Source of the DNA: Candidatus Omnitrophota bacterium
GTDB lineage: Bacteria; Omnitrophota; Gorgyraeia; Gygaellales; Profunditerraquicolaceae
Reading direction: 5' to 3'
DNA: 64,000 bases
NCBI GenBank assembly: GCA_041662125.1
Contig: JBAZTA010000003.1
Location: 135,992 to 199,991 of the forward strand
The notes below the pieces were generated by a model that worked only from the letters and a program-made list of their open reading frames with translations, did no database searches and was not told the origin of the DNA. Each line of letters opens with the position of its first letter. Positions within the stretch are counted from its first letter, which is position 1. The position numbers and the translations under genes were made by a program. Positions 46,744-55,816 of this stretch are shown piece after piece.

Positions 46744-48237
46744 TTATTGTGAACCGGCTGGTAATGTGTAATTTGCCCATTTATAAAACAATTTCTTTAC
46801 CTTTGTATTCCTTAATTTATCAAACAAAAAGTCAAGTATCCCTTTATTGATTATGCAGCGGGGATTTGAACTTATATGAGAAAAGATATTGCCTTCATAC
46901 GACCAGTTAAATATAGGGCAAACTCCGCAGTAGGGTTTATACGCGCATAAATCACAGCTGGTGTTATCCAGGCAGGAAGCCATACTTAAGACTTTTACCG
47001 TAGAATGGTTCACGATTTCTTTGTATTTATTTTTTGATACATTCCCTATGCAGAATATTTCATCGCCGACCATTCGCCCTTCATCGCAGGTATAGACCTT
47101 TCCGTCATAGTTATAGAGCAGTTGGCCTATCCCGGCACCGCAGGGAGAACGCAACTCAAGAAAATTCGGGTCATAGTCGGTAATGATCTTGGCAAGGAAT
47201 ATCTTAGCGGTGTTCTCATGAAAATGGCTTTTGGGGTGTTTTAACGCGTAGGATATGACACGGTTAAGTGCCCGCGTATAGAATTTCAAGTATTCTTGCG
47301 GGGTATAGCCGATATCTTCCCACATGTTTTTCGCGATACCCAGGGGAGTCATCGGGCGCAAAAAAATAAATTCAAGGCCCCTTGTAATATATTCATTGAC
47401 GATTGCTTCAGGGCATTTCAAAGAATCTTTGCTTACGGTAAGAAGAGCCCCGGGCTTGAATTTATTATCAAGTTTTGATTTGTAAACTTTTTGGGCTTTT
47501 TTGAGCCAGCGAACCGCTTGACGATGATTATTCCCTTTGCTCCAGATACGGTTCTTATTATGGATATGTTCCGGGCCATCAAGAGAAGTACAAACAGTAA
47601 CTGAGTTTGCTACGAGAAATTTAAGTTTTGCCTCATCCATTAAAGAAAAGTTAGAAACAAGCCGTAGCTCAAGATTCTTCTTTTCCACCTTGTTCTTGGT
47701 TTTACTGTATTCAATAATGAATTTAACGGTTTGCCAATTAAGCAGCGGTTCGCCTCCCTGAAACTCAAGAGCAATTGTTTTCGAAGGAGACAAAAAGATC
47801 ATATCGACGATTTTTTTGGCGGTGGCGATGTCCAGGTCAAAGCCTTTTTCTGATTCTGCTCGGGACGAGCTTTGGCAATAAATACATTTTTGATTACAGC
47901 GCAGCGTGACAACGATGATATGCAGAGACGGGCCCTGCCATAAGAATAAATTCTTTTTCTGGTATTTTAACACAATATCCGCAGTATTGATCTTATCCCG
48001 GATCAATCCTTGTGTCTTTAATATTTCAAAGATCGGGCCATGCTGAGGCAACGTTCCTTCCAGAAAACTCGTAAAATTCTTTTCGGAGAGTATCACGTAT
48101 TCTCCGACATCATTGGTGAGCAGATAATCGGATGCGCCCTGTTTTTTAAATCTAAAAAATCCGACTTTCTCCCAATCAACTTTTTTTATTATAGATTGAT
48201 TCATGTTCGCTCCTGTATCCAATGCTCCTTTACTCAA
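46744..48237 (-). CDS. radical SAM/SPASM-domain enzyme (anSME/HxsB-like maturase) with an N-terminal extension of about 95 aa
   Basis: 497 aa. 'LRCNQKCIYC', 'QGGEPLL', and the C-terminal SPASM pattern 'CGAG...C' and 'CDLCAYKPYCGVC' are present. Confidence 0.75.
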   Translation of the reverse strand: MSKGALDTGANMNQSIIKKVDWEKVGFFRFKKQGASDYLLTNDVGEYVILSEKNFTSFLEGTLPQHGPIFEILKTQGLIRDKINTADIVLKYQKKNLFLWQGPSLHIIVVTLRCNQKCIYCQSSSRAESEKGFDLDIATAKKIVDMIFLSPSKTIALEFQGGEPLLNWQTVKFIIEYSKTKNKVEKKNLELRLVSNFSLMDEAKLKFLVANSVTVCTSLDGPEHIHNKNRIWSKGNNHRQAVRWLKKAQKVYKSKLDNKFKPGALLTVSKDSLKCPEAIVNEYITRGLEFIFLRPMTPLGIAKNMWEDIGYTPQEYLKFYTRALNRVISYALKHPKSHFHENTAKIFLAKIITDYDPNFLELRSPCGAGIGQLLYNYDGKVYTCDEGRMVGDEIFCIGNVSKNKYKEIVNHSTVKVLSMASCLDNTSCDLCAYKPYCGVCPIFNWSYEGNIFSHISSNPRCIINKGILDFLFDKLRNTKVKKLFYKWANYTLPAGSQ

Positions 48238-48341
48238 CGAAGTATATAACTATGAACCGAATGAATGTTTTATTATATCACATTTACACTTTTTTCATGA
48301 TAAATTCTGCTTCCTTAACCATTCACGGAAAAATCTTTTGC

Positions 48342-49604
48342 TTATTGCGCGGTCGTTATGTTGTTGTTAATTGACGTTATTTTTAAGAAAACAAGTTTAT
48401 TCTTCAAGTTATCATTTGACCGCGTCGTTATCTTAATGTAGTTATCGCTATAACCTTCCCAGGAGAAGGATGTATCACTAGTTTTCGATTCTATAAGTAC
48501 GGGGACTTGTTTATTGAGGAATCGCCTACGAAACGCTAAAGACATTTGGCTCTCTATTTTTTTGAGTGCCGCAACACGGGCATGAATAGTACGTATATGA
48601 ATTTCCGGTTTAAAATGGAATGCTTTGGTGTGTTCTCGGGGGCTATACGGAAATATATGCACCTTCAGAGGCTTTATCGCGCGCACGAGCTTTATCGTAT
48701 TATCAAAATGAGCTTGGGTTTCACCGGGGAACCCGACTAATACATCGGTAGTGATCGCGATCCCGGGAACAACCCTCTTTATCTCTTTTACCAGGTCAAT
48801 ATACTGTTTTCGATTATATTTTCGGTTCATTTTCATGAGGATTTCGTCATCCCCGCTTTGCATCGGGATATGCAAATGCCGGCACAATTTTCCAGACGAT
48901 GAAAGTTTATGTATTAATTCTGGCGTGACGTCGGATGCTTCAAGAGAACTCAGCCGTATACGTAACAGTCCTTTTATTGTTTCAAGTTCTTCGATGATTC
49001 CTACGAGGTTTTGCCGGCCAGACAAGTCTTTACCATATGCTCCCAGGCAGATACCGGTAAGGACAATTTCTTTAAAACCATGAGCAACTAAGCTTTGAGC
49101 TTCAGCGTAAATGTCGCCTTTTGCCTTACTTTTTGATTTTCCCCTGACCAGGGGTACTTTACAGTATGAACAACCATTGTTACACCCATCCTGGATCTTT
49201 AGAAAAGCCCTGGTATGGCCTTTAAAAGAGGTAATTGCTTCTTTTTGTGCTAATCCTGGTTTCTTTTTCCCCGGCAAATATTTTTGAATATTGGCCTTAT
49301 CTTGGTTACGCACAACCAGTATTGACCGGGATATATCCTTGATCTTATTCTTATCTAACTGCGCTAAACATCCGGTTACGATTATTTTTGTTTGAGGGTC
49401 CTCTTTTTTTAACCGCGTGATCAATTTGAAAGCTTCTGAGTCGGCTTTATGGGTAACCGTGCAGGTATTGATCAAACAAATATGAGCACGTTTTAAATGG
49501 CCGACTTCTCTATAACCATTAAGCGTAAGTTTTTCTCTCATATCCTGGGTGTCGTATTGGTTAGCTTTACATCCAAATGAGTAAAATCGTACGGTTTTTT
49601 CCAT
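48342..49604 (-). CDS. MiaB/RimO/MtaB-family radical SAM methylthiotransferase (start trimmed to internal Met)
   Basis: The probable start is 'MEKTVRFYSFGCKANQYD' (ATG 49602-49604). The MTTase N-domain Cys are FGC, NTC and TGC. Radical-SAM 'CNNGCSYC' and a C-terminal TRAM-like region are present. The 37 aa upstream in the ORF-track frame have no counterpart in the family. Confidence 0.75.
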   Translation of the reverse strand: MEKTVRFYSFGCKANQYDTQDMREKLTLNGYREVGHLKRAHICLINTCTVTHKADSEAFKLITRLKKEDPQTKIIVTGCLAQLDKNKIKDISRSILVVRNQDKANIQKYLPGKKKPGLAQKEAITSFKGHTRAFLKIQDGCNNGCSYCKVPLVRGKSKSKAKGDIYAEAQSLVAHGFKEIVLTGICLGAYGKDLSGRQNLVGIIEELETIKGLLRIRLSSLEASDVTPELIHKLSSSGKLCRHLHIPMQSGDDEILMKMNRKYNRKQYIDLVKEIKRVVPGIAITTDVLVGFPGETQAHFDNTIKLVRAIKPLKVHIFPYSPREHTKAFHFKPEIHIRTIHARVAALKKIESQMSLAFRRRFLNKQVPVLIESKTSDTSFSWEGYSDNYIKITTRSNDNLKNKLVFLKITSINNNITTAQ

Positions 49605-49618
49605 GTGAGTAATATTTG

Positions 49619-50359
49619 TTAATCTGATCCGTAATAAAATCTGATAAAACCGGCTATAGCTATGGCTGCGGTATCCACACGCAGAACCAGATTCCCAAGC
49701 GAAACAGGGATACATCCCGCTTTTTTGGCCTGATTAGTTTCTTGTTCCGTAAAATCACCTTCAGGCCCTATCAGTACCAGAATTTGGCGTGGGTGTTTAA
49801 AATCTGAGAAAATTTCAATGGCTTTCTTCCGATTTCCTTCTAAGGTTGGGATCAATTTCAGGTCAAATTCACAAGAAGTATCTAAGAGTTCACCAAAAGA
49901 GGTTATAGCGCTAATTTCCGGAATTGTGCTGCGTTGGCTCTGTTGACAGGCATTCTGAGCTATTCTACGCCAGCGTTTTAGCCTGAGGGCCTCTTTCTGT
50001 TTGTTTATTTTTACAATGACCCTCTCTGATAAGAGCGGAATGATCCGGTCGACGCCTAACTGTGTTAATGTATTGATTATATCATCCATTCTTGCATTCT
50101 TAGGTATTGCACAGGCAATCGTAAGATGCGTATTTACCGCGGCACTGGCGTTTTTGACCGAATGTATCTTTAAGGTGATTTGATGTGGTAGAATTGTTTC
50201 CGTTTCACAGGTATACTCAAGCCCGGTATTATTACAAACAATAAGCATAGCATCCGTTTTTAACCGCAGGACGTCTTTGAGGTAATGGATCAATACTGGG
50301 TCAGTGATCCGTATGTAACCTGACGCAATATATTCTTCAGGGCAAAAAATTCTTTTCAT
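49619..50359 (-). CDS. rsmE: 16S rRNA (uracil1498-N3)-methyltransferase
   Basis: 246 aa with RsmE/DUF558 architecture: PUA-like N-domain and SPOUT C-domain 'LVLIGPEGDFT'. Confidence 0.75.
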   Translation of the reverse strand: MKRIFCPEEYIASGYIRITDPVLIHYLKDVLRLKTDAMLIVCNNTGLEYTCETETILPHQITLKIHSVKNASAAVNTHLTIACAIPKNARMDDIINTLTQLGVDRIIPLLSERVIVKINKQKEALRLKRWRRIAQNACQQSQRSTIPEISAITSFGELLDTSCEFDLKLIPTLEGNRKKAIEIFSDFKHPRQILVLIGPEGDFTEQETNQAKKAGCIPVSLGNLVLRVDTAAIAIAGFIRFYYGSD

Positions 50360-50391
50360 GCGTTATCAACTCCTTTGCGAACTTACGATGC

Positions 50392-51045
50392 CTAAAAAGC
50401 ATTAACGATAAAGGTAATACCGATACCAATAATGATTAAACCGCACATAATACCTGTAATCCGGCCATACAACTCTGTTTTTCTCGCCAATACTTGATTA
50501 AAGAATCCTGCGCCGATCATTATAACAAGTAATACTGAAAAAAAAGTCCCTAGGCTAAAAGAAAAACAATAAACAACAGCCTGGATCCAGGATTGAGCTA
50601 ATAAGAGTATATATGAAAAAACGGCGATCAGGGACGCGCATGGTAAAAACCCCAAAATAACCCCCAGAAAAATTGCCTGTATTGAATCTGTTTGCAGCAT
50701 TGTATTATGTTTAAAAGTACAAAACAGGTTCGCTCGTTTTTTATCAAGAATGATCATTGTCCCCAAAAAAATAATCAGGAGTCCCCCCCCTAGTGAGAAA
50801 TATCGGGCAGTTGCTTGCGTGAACTTTTCAAAAATAGGCTTTCCTAAGAAAAAAAGAATGACTATAAAGATCAAATACACAACTATACGCCCCAAGGAGA
50901 AAAAAAGATAGATCAAAAAACTCGCGGCAGGTTTTCTTTGGCAGCCCGTTACATATGATACCAGTACCGGGCCGCAACTAACCAAACAAGGGCCTGACCC
51001 TAAACATACGCCCATGATAAATAAATATATAATATTTTTAGTCAT
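50392..51045 (-). CDS. polytopic membrane protein with Cys-containing TM motifs (CcdA/DsbD-like?), start trimmed
   Basis: A start at 'MTKNIIYLF' (ATG 51043-51045) avoids the 100-nt overlap with the upstream gene. 'GSGPCLVSCGP' and 'LPCASL' lie in hydrophobic helices. Family assignment is uncertain. Confidence 0.35.
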   Translation of the reverse strand: MTKNIIYLFIMGVCLGSGPCLVSCGPVLVSYVTGCQRKPAASFLIYLFFSLGRIVVYLIFIVILFFLGKPIFEKFTQATARYFSLGGGLLIIFLGTMIILDKKRANLFCTFKHNTMLQTDSIQAIFLGVILGFLPCASLIAVFSYILLLAQSWIQAVVYCFSFSLGTFFSVLLVIMIGAGFFNQVLARKTELYGRITGIMCGLIIIGIGITFIVNAF

Positions 51046-51053
51046 CGTTTGGC

Positions 51054-52583
51054 CTATAAATCCTTTTCCGAAAAAACTTCCGCTGTGAACACATACAATT
51101 CTGTCGCACTTTCTTTCCATGCACCAGAAGGCAATCCAGCTTTTTGAGCGCATAAGTTCGATAAAAACTCTTCTTTAGACCAACCAGTCTCATTGGCAAC
51201 TTGTGGAAGAAAAACCCCTTGGCGCAAGCCGCGTTTTACTAAGACTCCCTGCCCCGGTATCTTGATTGCATCAGCAGAGGATACTTTTACCAAAGGCGAA
51301 AGCACGGAAATTTCGATCTCAATGTCGTTTAATTCCTGAGAAGTCACCCTTTGAAAACGGGGGTCTCCTGTCGCTGCTTCAATAGCCATATCCCGTATGG
51401 TCAGATATAATGCTTGCGTGCCTATAATGTTTCCGATACATCCGCGCAGTTGGCCGTGTTTATGGAGACTGACAAAAGCGCCGCATTTCTCCATGAAAAC
51501 TTGATCTGTTTCGTTTATTTTCTCTCGAGTGCCGCTTTTTAAAAAAGAGGCAATTGCTGCCCTGGCTATTGTAAGGGCTTTTGCTCGCTGTTCTTTATTT
51601 AACATAGTATGGCCTCCATCCTCTCCTTTTGAACCAACAGTTTCTGGATTCTGTTTATCAGCTGAATACGCTTGGCCTATAACACAACTGGCATAACCTA
51701 CCGTCCAAATTCCCGGGGTTTTCTTGCCGGTAATTTCTGCGGAATTTGTGTATTTTAAGACAGAAACGTTGTGATAGCCTAAGGCTTTTGCAACCAAAAG
51801 TGTTGTAATTACCGGATACCCGCCGCATAATTGCAGGGAACCATTGGTAAGCCCGGTAAAGAGCCCTTCGGTATCCATAGAGCAAATATACGTTAACGTG
51901 CGTTTGTCAACAAGCGGGGTTTCTTGGTAGTTATAACCATGATACATGTCAGTCGATGCGATTATCAAAACATCGGTGCGTCCGGCGATTGCTACTCTTA
52001 GCGCTTCAGCAAGCGAGTTACACGTTTCTAAATCAACCTGACCCATAATAAGAGGAACGATTTTGAAATTCGATAAAACTTTCTGCAGAAACGGCAGTTG
52101 GACCTCGATTGAATGCTCTTTGAGGAAGGCATTTGGCTCAAAACGTATTAATGGCGATCTCGAGAGCAGTTTTTTACTAAAATCAGTATCGACAAAAAGC
52201 TCACCCAACGGAGTTTCAAATGATCCTTGAGGATAAAGAGAAACACCTTTAAATCCATAGTAATGGCTGGAGCCGATAATAATAACTGTTTTATACCCCT
52301 TATTTTTTATCAACGAATACCCATAGGCTGCTACTTTCCCAGAAAATTCATATCCTGCGTGGGGAGACAGTAAAGCAAAGATTGTACCGCTTTGCGGCTC
52401 GGGGTGAGCAAGAGATAAATACGTGTCAAGTACTGCTGAAAGTTCTTGGGGATTTTTGGGGTAAAATGACCCTGCCACAGATGATTTCTTAGTTCCCTCA
52501 GCAAAGCTAAGGCAAAAAAACGTATTCATACATATATGCAATAAAAGTATCGACAAGAAACGTTTTTGATTAAGGATTTTCAT
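51054..52583 (-). CDS. MEMO1-family protein fused to AMMECR1 domain (AmmeMemoRadiSam system proteins B plus A in one polypeptide), with N-terminal hydrophobic anchor
   Basis: 509 aa. N-terminus 'FLSILLLHICMNTFFCLSFA' is a signal/anchor. The Memo core shows 'AGSFYP', 'SPHAGYEFSG' and 'GSSHY'. The C-terminal 170 aa show the AMMECR1 motifs 'CGAFVSLHKHGQLRGCIG'. Confidence 0.8.
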   Translation of the reverse strand: MKILNQKRFLSILLLHICMNTFFCLSFAEGTKKSSVAGSFYPKNPQELSAVLDTYLSLAHPEPQSGTIFALLSPHAGYEFSGKVAAYGYSLIKNKGYKTVIIIGSSHYYGFKGVSLYPQGSFETPLGELFVDTDFSKKLLSRSPLIRFEPNAFLKEHSIEVQLPFLQKVLSNFKIVPLIMGQVDLETCNSLAEALRVAIAGRTDVLIIASTDMYHGYNYQETPLVDKRTLTYICSMDTEGLFTGLTNGSLQLCGGYPVITTLLVAKALGYHNVSVLKYTNSAEITGKKTPGIWTVGYASCVIGQAYSADKQNPETVGSKGEDGGHTMLNKEQRAKALTIARAAIASFLKSGTREKINETDQVFMEKCGAFVSLHKHGQLRGCIGNIIGTQALYLTIRDMAIEAATGDPRFQRVTSQELNDIEIEISVLSPLVKVSSADAIKIPGQGVLVKRGLRQGVFLPQVANETGWSKEEFLSNLCAQKAGLPSGAWKESATELYVFTAEVFSEKDL

Positions 52584-53685
52584 TCCAAACTCCTTCGATC
52601 TTTTCCGCGCAAAAGGCGCATGCTTGGTTCTTTAAGTTTTTCTCTACTATAAAATATCCGTTACGTTTAATGACGATCTTATGGCAGCGGGGACAATACG
52701 TATGCTCCCCTTGGTTTCCCGGGAGGTTGCCGATATAAACATATTTTAATCCACGTGAAAGCGCGATTTGACGGGAAGCTTGCAGAGTTTCAGCCGGAGT
52801 CGGGCTTAGGGAAAGGAGCTTATACATCGGAAAAAAACGGGAGAAATGTAACGGTGTATCAATTCCAAGGTTTTCTTTAATCCAATCGCACATTTGAGCT
52901 ATTGAATTTTGAGTGTCGTTATATCCCGGGATCAAAAGAGCCGTGATCTCCAGATGCACCCCGAATTCTTTCAAGATTTTAAGGCTCTTGAGCACCGGCG
53001 CTAAACTGCCTTGCGTCATTTTGTGATAAAAGTCTTCAGTAAAACCCTTGATGTCAATATTTGCAGCGTCCAGATACGGCGCTAACCGCCGTAACGGCTC
53101 TTCGTTAATATAACCGCTTGAATGCATAACATTACGTATCCCTGCTTTCTTTGCCAGCTGAGCGGTTTCCAGCATATATTCATAAAAGATCGTCGGTTCA
53201 GTATAGGTGTAGGCGATAACAGGAGATTTTGACTCTTGAACCTTTTTTATTAAATCTTTGGGTTCAAGAAAAATGTACCGGAGAGTTTCAGAAGGTACTT
53301 GAGAGATCTCCCAATTCTGGCAAAACGCGCACTTTAAATTACATCCCGCAGCAGCAATAGAAAAAGCAGTTGTTCCAGGGAGAAAATGAAACAAAGGTTT
53401 TTTCTCAATCGGGTCTATGTGAATAGCAACCAGTTTAGCAAATGATTCGCTGTACAATTCACCATTACTATTTTGCCTAACACCGCAGAAACCTTTTTTC
53501 CCCAGGCTGATATAACATTCTCGCGGGCATAACCGGCATTGGACAGCTTTTCCGTTGAGTTTTTCATAGAAAAGGGCAATTTTTTGGAATGGTTGAGCAA
53601 TAGTGCAGTTAAATTGACGCGTAAAGATAATACATGCGCAGATAAAGAAAGCAACAGTGATACTTAACAGAAGTATTCTTTTCAT
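52570..53685 (-). CDS. AmmeMemoRadiSam system radical SAM enzyme (PflA-like activase family), with N-terminal hydrophobic anchor
   Basis: 371 aa. N-terminus 'ILLLSITVAFFICACIIF' is hydrophobic. Then 'CRLCPREC' and the rSAM cluster 'GCNLKCAFCQNW' follow. It overlaps the Memo-AMMECR1 gene. Confidence 0.8.
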   Translation of the reverse strand: MKRILLLSITVAFFICACIIFTRQFNCTIAQPFQKIALFYEKLNGKAVQCRLCPRECYISLGKKGFCGVRQNSNGELYSESFAKLVAIHIDPIEKKPLFHFLPGTTAFSIAAAGCNLKCAFCQNWEISQVPSETLRYIFLEPKDLIKKVQESKSPVIAYTYTEPTIFYEYMLETAQLAKKAGIRNVMHSSGYINEEPLRRLAPYLDAANIDIKGFTEDFYHKMTQGSLAPVLKSLKILKEFGVHLEITALLIPGYNDTQNSIAQMCDWIKENLGIDTPLHFSRFFPMYKLLSLSPTPAETLQASRQIALSRGLKYVYIGNLPGNQGEHTYCPRCHKIVIKRNGYFIVEKNLKNQACAFCAEKIEGVWNENP

Positions 53686-53744
53686 AAAACAGGAATAGCA
53701 GGATTAAGCTCAATGCAGATGAATTTGAAATGAACAATACTATG

Positions 53745-53817
53745 TGGAGCAGGGGAGGATCGAACTCCCGGCCTTCGCATTGCGAACGCGACGCTCTCCC
53801 AGCTGAGCTACTGCCCC
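53745..53817 (-). tRNA. tRNA-Ala (anticodon CGC)
   Basis: Manual fold: GGGGCAG/CTGCTCC acceptor with the Ala identity pair G3:U70, D-arm GCTCAGCTGGGAGAGC, anticodon loop TTCGCAA giving anticodon CGC, T-arm GGGAG-TTCGATC-CTCCC. No CCA. Confidence 0.85.
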
Positions 53818-53911
53818 AATTCAAAACTATGATGTATTAGTTGTTTAGATAATGTACCACAAAATAACCATACAATCAAATAAAAAACAATACTTCAGCG
53901 CGTGATCGCTT

Positions 53912-54502
53912 TTAATTTACGGATACGGAAGGCATAAAAAGATTGGATCGCATAGTAATTTCAGGATTCTCGGAAGTACCACAAGGATACGAGACCTCAT
54001 CAGGATCAAAACAGGCAGTAATATCAACAACAGCGTAATTTTCACTCATAGGCATCCCTAGTTTAGTAAAAGTAAAAACAGTGACCCTATTACTTAAATC
54101 CTGCCAACTCGATGTGGCCGTAGAACCGGTAAAGGCAGGAGTATAACGGACGAGATTTCCCGTGAACCAGTAAGCAGCAAATCCATCATCACGTACACCG
54201 TTAAAGTTAGAATCAACATATATTTGCACTAAACTTGGAGAGCGATTAATAACAGTAGCATTACCATAAAATAGTTCATTGCCTATGATATTTAAGAATT
54301 GAGTTTGCATGTGCGCTAGAACAAACCCAATATCATTTTGCACCTTTACCGTTCGTTCAGAATGTTTAACCTCATAAATACTATACAGATGCATACTTCC
54401 TATGAGAAGTAAAATACTAGAAACTAATACTGAGGCGATCAGTAATTCAATAAGTGAAAATCCCTTGTTTCTCTTCGTTATATATATCCAATTATTATAC
54501 AT
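53912..54502 (-). CDS. type IV minor pilin (prepilin-type N-terminal cleavage/methylation domain)
   Basis: 196 aa. 'KRNKGFSLIELLIASVLV' is the class III signal peptide with Glu+5. Confidence 0.7.
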   Translation of the reverse strand: MYNNWIYITKRNKGFSLIELLIASVLVSSILLLIGSMHLYSIYEVKHSERTVKVQNDIGFVLAHMQTQFLNIIGNELFYGNATVINRSPSLVQIYVDSNFNGVRDDGFAAYWFTGNLVRYTPAFTGSTATSSWQDLSNRVTVFTFTKLGMPMSENYAVVDITACFDPDEVSYPCGTSENPEITMRSNLFMPSVSVN

Positions 54503-54863
54503 CAGTCCAATGTACTGTGATTTTTACACGGCGTAAAGGAAGGCCGGCAACAGTATTCATCATATACGTGGTAAGATAGGTGATTCGATTTATTGTCGTA
54601 TCAACTGTTGCAGGAGACGGGCAGTGCGTTGTTCCTCCACTATTCAAGCAGTTCGGTAAGTTAAAATCAGTGGCATCCTGGCGGACTTCCATTTGGAGCG
54701 GATCAAGAAACATACGGCCAAGATTTGCAGCTGCAAGCCTTGCGCGGCTGTGATATAAATATTTCCTGCTGGCAACAGAAATATTAGTAACACTCAGCAT
54801 GACCAGCGTTAAAAGAATTACACCAACTATTACTTCAAGTAAGGTAAATGCTTTTTTTCGCAT
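54495..54863 (-). CDS. type IV minor pilin (start trimmed to Met preceding the prepilin motif)
   Basis: 'MRKKAFTLLEVIVGVILLTL' is the prepilin N-terminus. The ORF-track start at 54926 adds 21 non-conserved residues. Confidence 0.6.
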   Translation of the reverse strand: MRKKAFTLLEVIVGVILLTLVMLSVTNISVASRKYLYHSRARLAAANLGRMFLDPLQMEVRQDATDFNLPNCLNSGGTTHCPSPATVDTTINRITYLTTYMMNTVAGLPLRRVKITVHWTDV

Positions 54864-54947
54864 AAATGAATTATTCACCATCAATACGCAAGGGCATCTT
54901 ATAAAAAAGATGCCCTTGCGTACCAAAACTTGGCCAAAAGATCTGGT

Positions 54948-55301
54948 TTACGGACAGACAGAACTTACAGGAGTATCTTCTGCTTGCCGTAATCTCCACT
55001 GGATCACGCCTCTGGTCGCTTGACCGCATCCGGTTGCCTCAGATGAATATGACCACACCGTATCAGTTGGTATTGTCAATTTTAGATTAGTGTTTAAATC
55101 AACACGACTTGGGCAATTAATAAAAGCTCCATATTCCATCCGGTATATTCTTTGTGCCGATTGAATAAGCATCAAATTTGCTTTTGCTTCTCCTTCAAGC
55201 ACCCGTTCTTGAGTGACTCGATACGCAGGTAAAGCAAATGCGACCAATATGCCAACAATAAGCACCACTACTACTAATTCAACTAAGGTAAAACTTCTCA
55301 T
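54948..55301 (-). CDS. type IV pilin-like protein
   Basis: 117 aa. 'MRSFTLVELVVVVLIVGIL' is the prepilin N-terminus. Confidence 0.7.
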   Translation of the reverse strand: MRSFTLVELVVVVLIVGILVAFALPAYRVTQERVLEGEAKANLMLIQSAQRIYRMEYGAFINCPSRVDLNTNLKLTIPTDTVWSYSSEATGCGQATRGVIQWRLRQAEDTPVSSVCP

Positions 55302-55337
55302 GTAAGAACCTTAATGTACTCCGGTAATTAAGGTACG

Positions 55338-55736
55338 TTACGGAGTAAAAGCATCAGTCCACACGCCAGCTTCAGTAAGAGATATTTGTTCGCCTGCATT
55401 ATTGCCATCTACTCTAACTGCAATAAGAGTAAAGCTATCTGTATCAGCATCAGTAATATCATAGGTCCAATCAGGATCGAGGTCAATGTCACCTATTTCC
55501 GAAAAATCACCTAATCCCGGAGAAGTATTTGCGGTTCCTTCAGCGATATTTATATATGTATCGTTATCAGCGCGATACATTTTCTCAGCTTGCGCAATTA
55601 TTCCCATCGCATGCTTAGCTTTTGCTGCTTTAGCGCGTTCTGTTGATTTTAGATACTGCGGAACAGCCAGTGTTGCCAAAACTCCAATGATTATGATTAC
55701 TATGATAAGTTCAATAAGTGTAAACCCTTTTTTCAT
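55338..55736 (-). CDS. pilA: type IV major pilin (PilA-like)
   Basis: 132 aa. 'MKKGFTLIELIIVIIIIGVLA' is the canonical prepilin leader with hydrophobic alpha1-N. It is first in the pilin gene run and sits behind a consensus promoter. Confidence 0.75.
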   Translation of the reverse strand: MKKGFTLIELIIVIIIIGVLATLAVPQYLKSTERAKAAKAKHAMGIIAQAEKMYRADNDTYINIAEGTANTSPGLGDFSEIGDIDLDPDWTYDITDADTDSFTLIAVRVDGNNAGEQISLTEAGVWTDAFTP

Positions 55737-55816
55737 CTTCTCCCCCTTTTTAATAAGATTGAGTATTTACTACGTTTTATTTCTTCTCTCACCACCTCCT
55801 TTTCTTATATATAATA

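Noticed and set aside
48342-49715. Full 457-aa ORF-track extent of the MiaB-like gene
   Set aside because: The first 37 aa (MYPCFAWESGSACGYRSHSYSRF...) have no counterpart in MTTase N-domains. The family-typical start 'MEKTVRFYSFGC' follows immediately, so I trimmed the start to 49604.
53609-53824. 71-aa minus-strand ORF beginning 'MNWGSSSAGRASRSQCEGREFDPP'
   Set aside because: Its N-terminus is the in-frame translation of tRNA-Ala. The sequence overlaps the tRNA gene.
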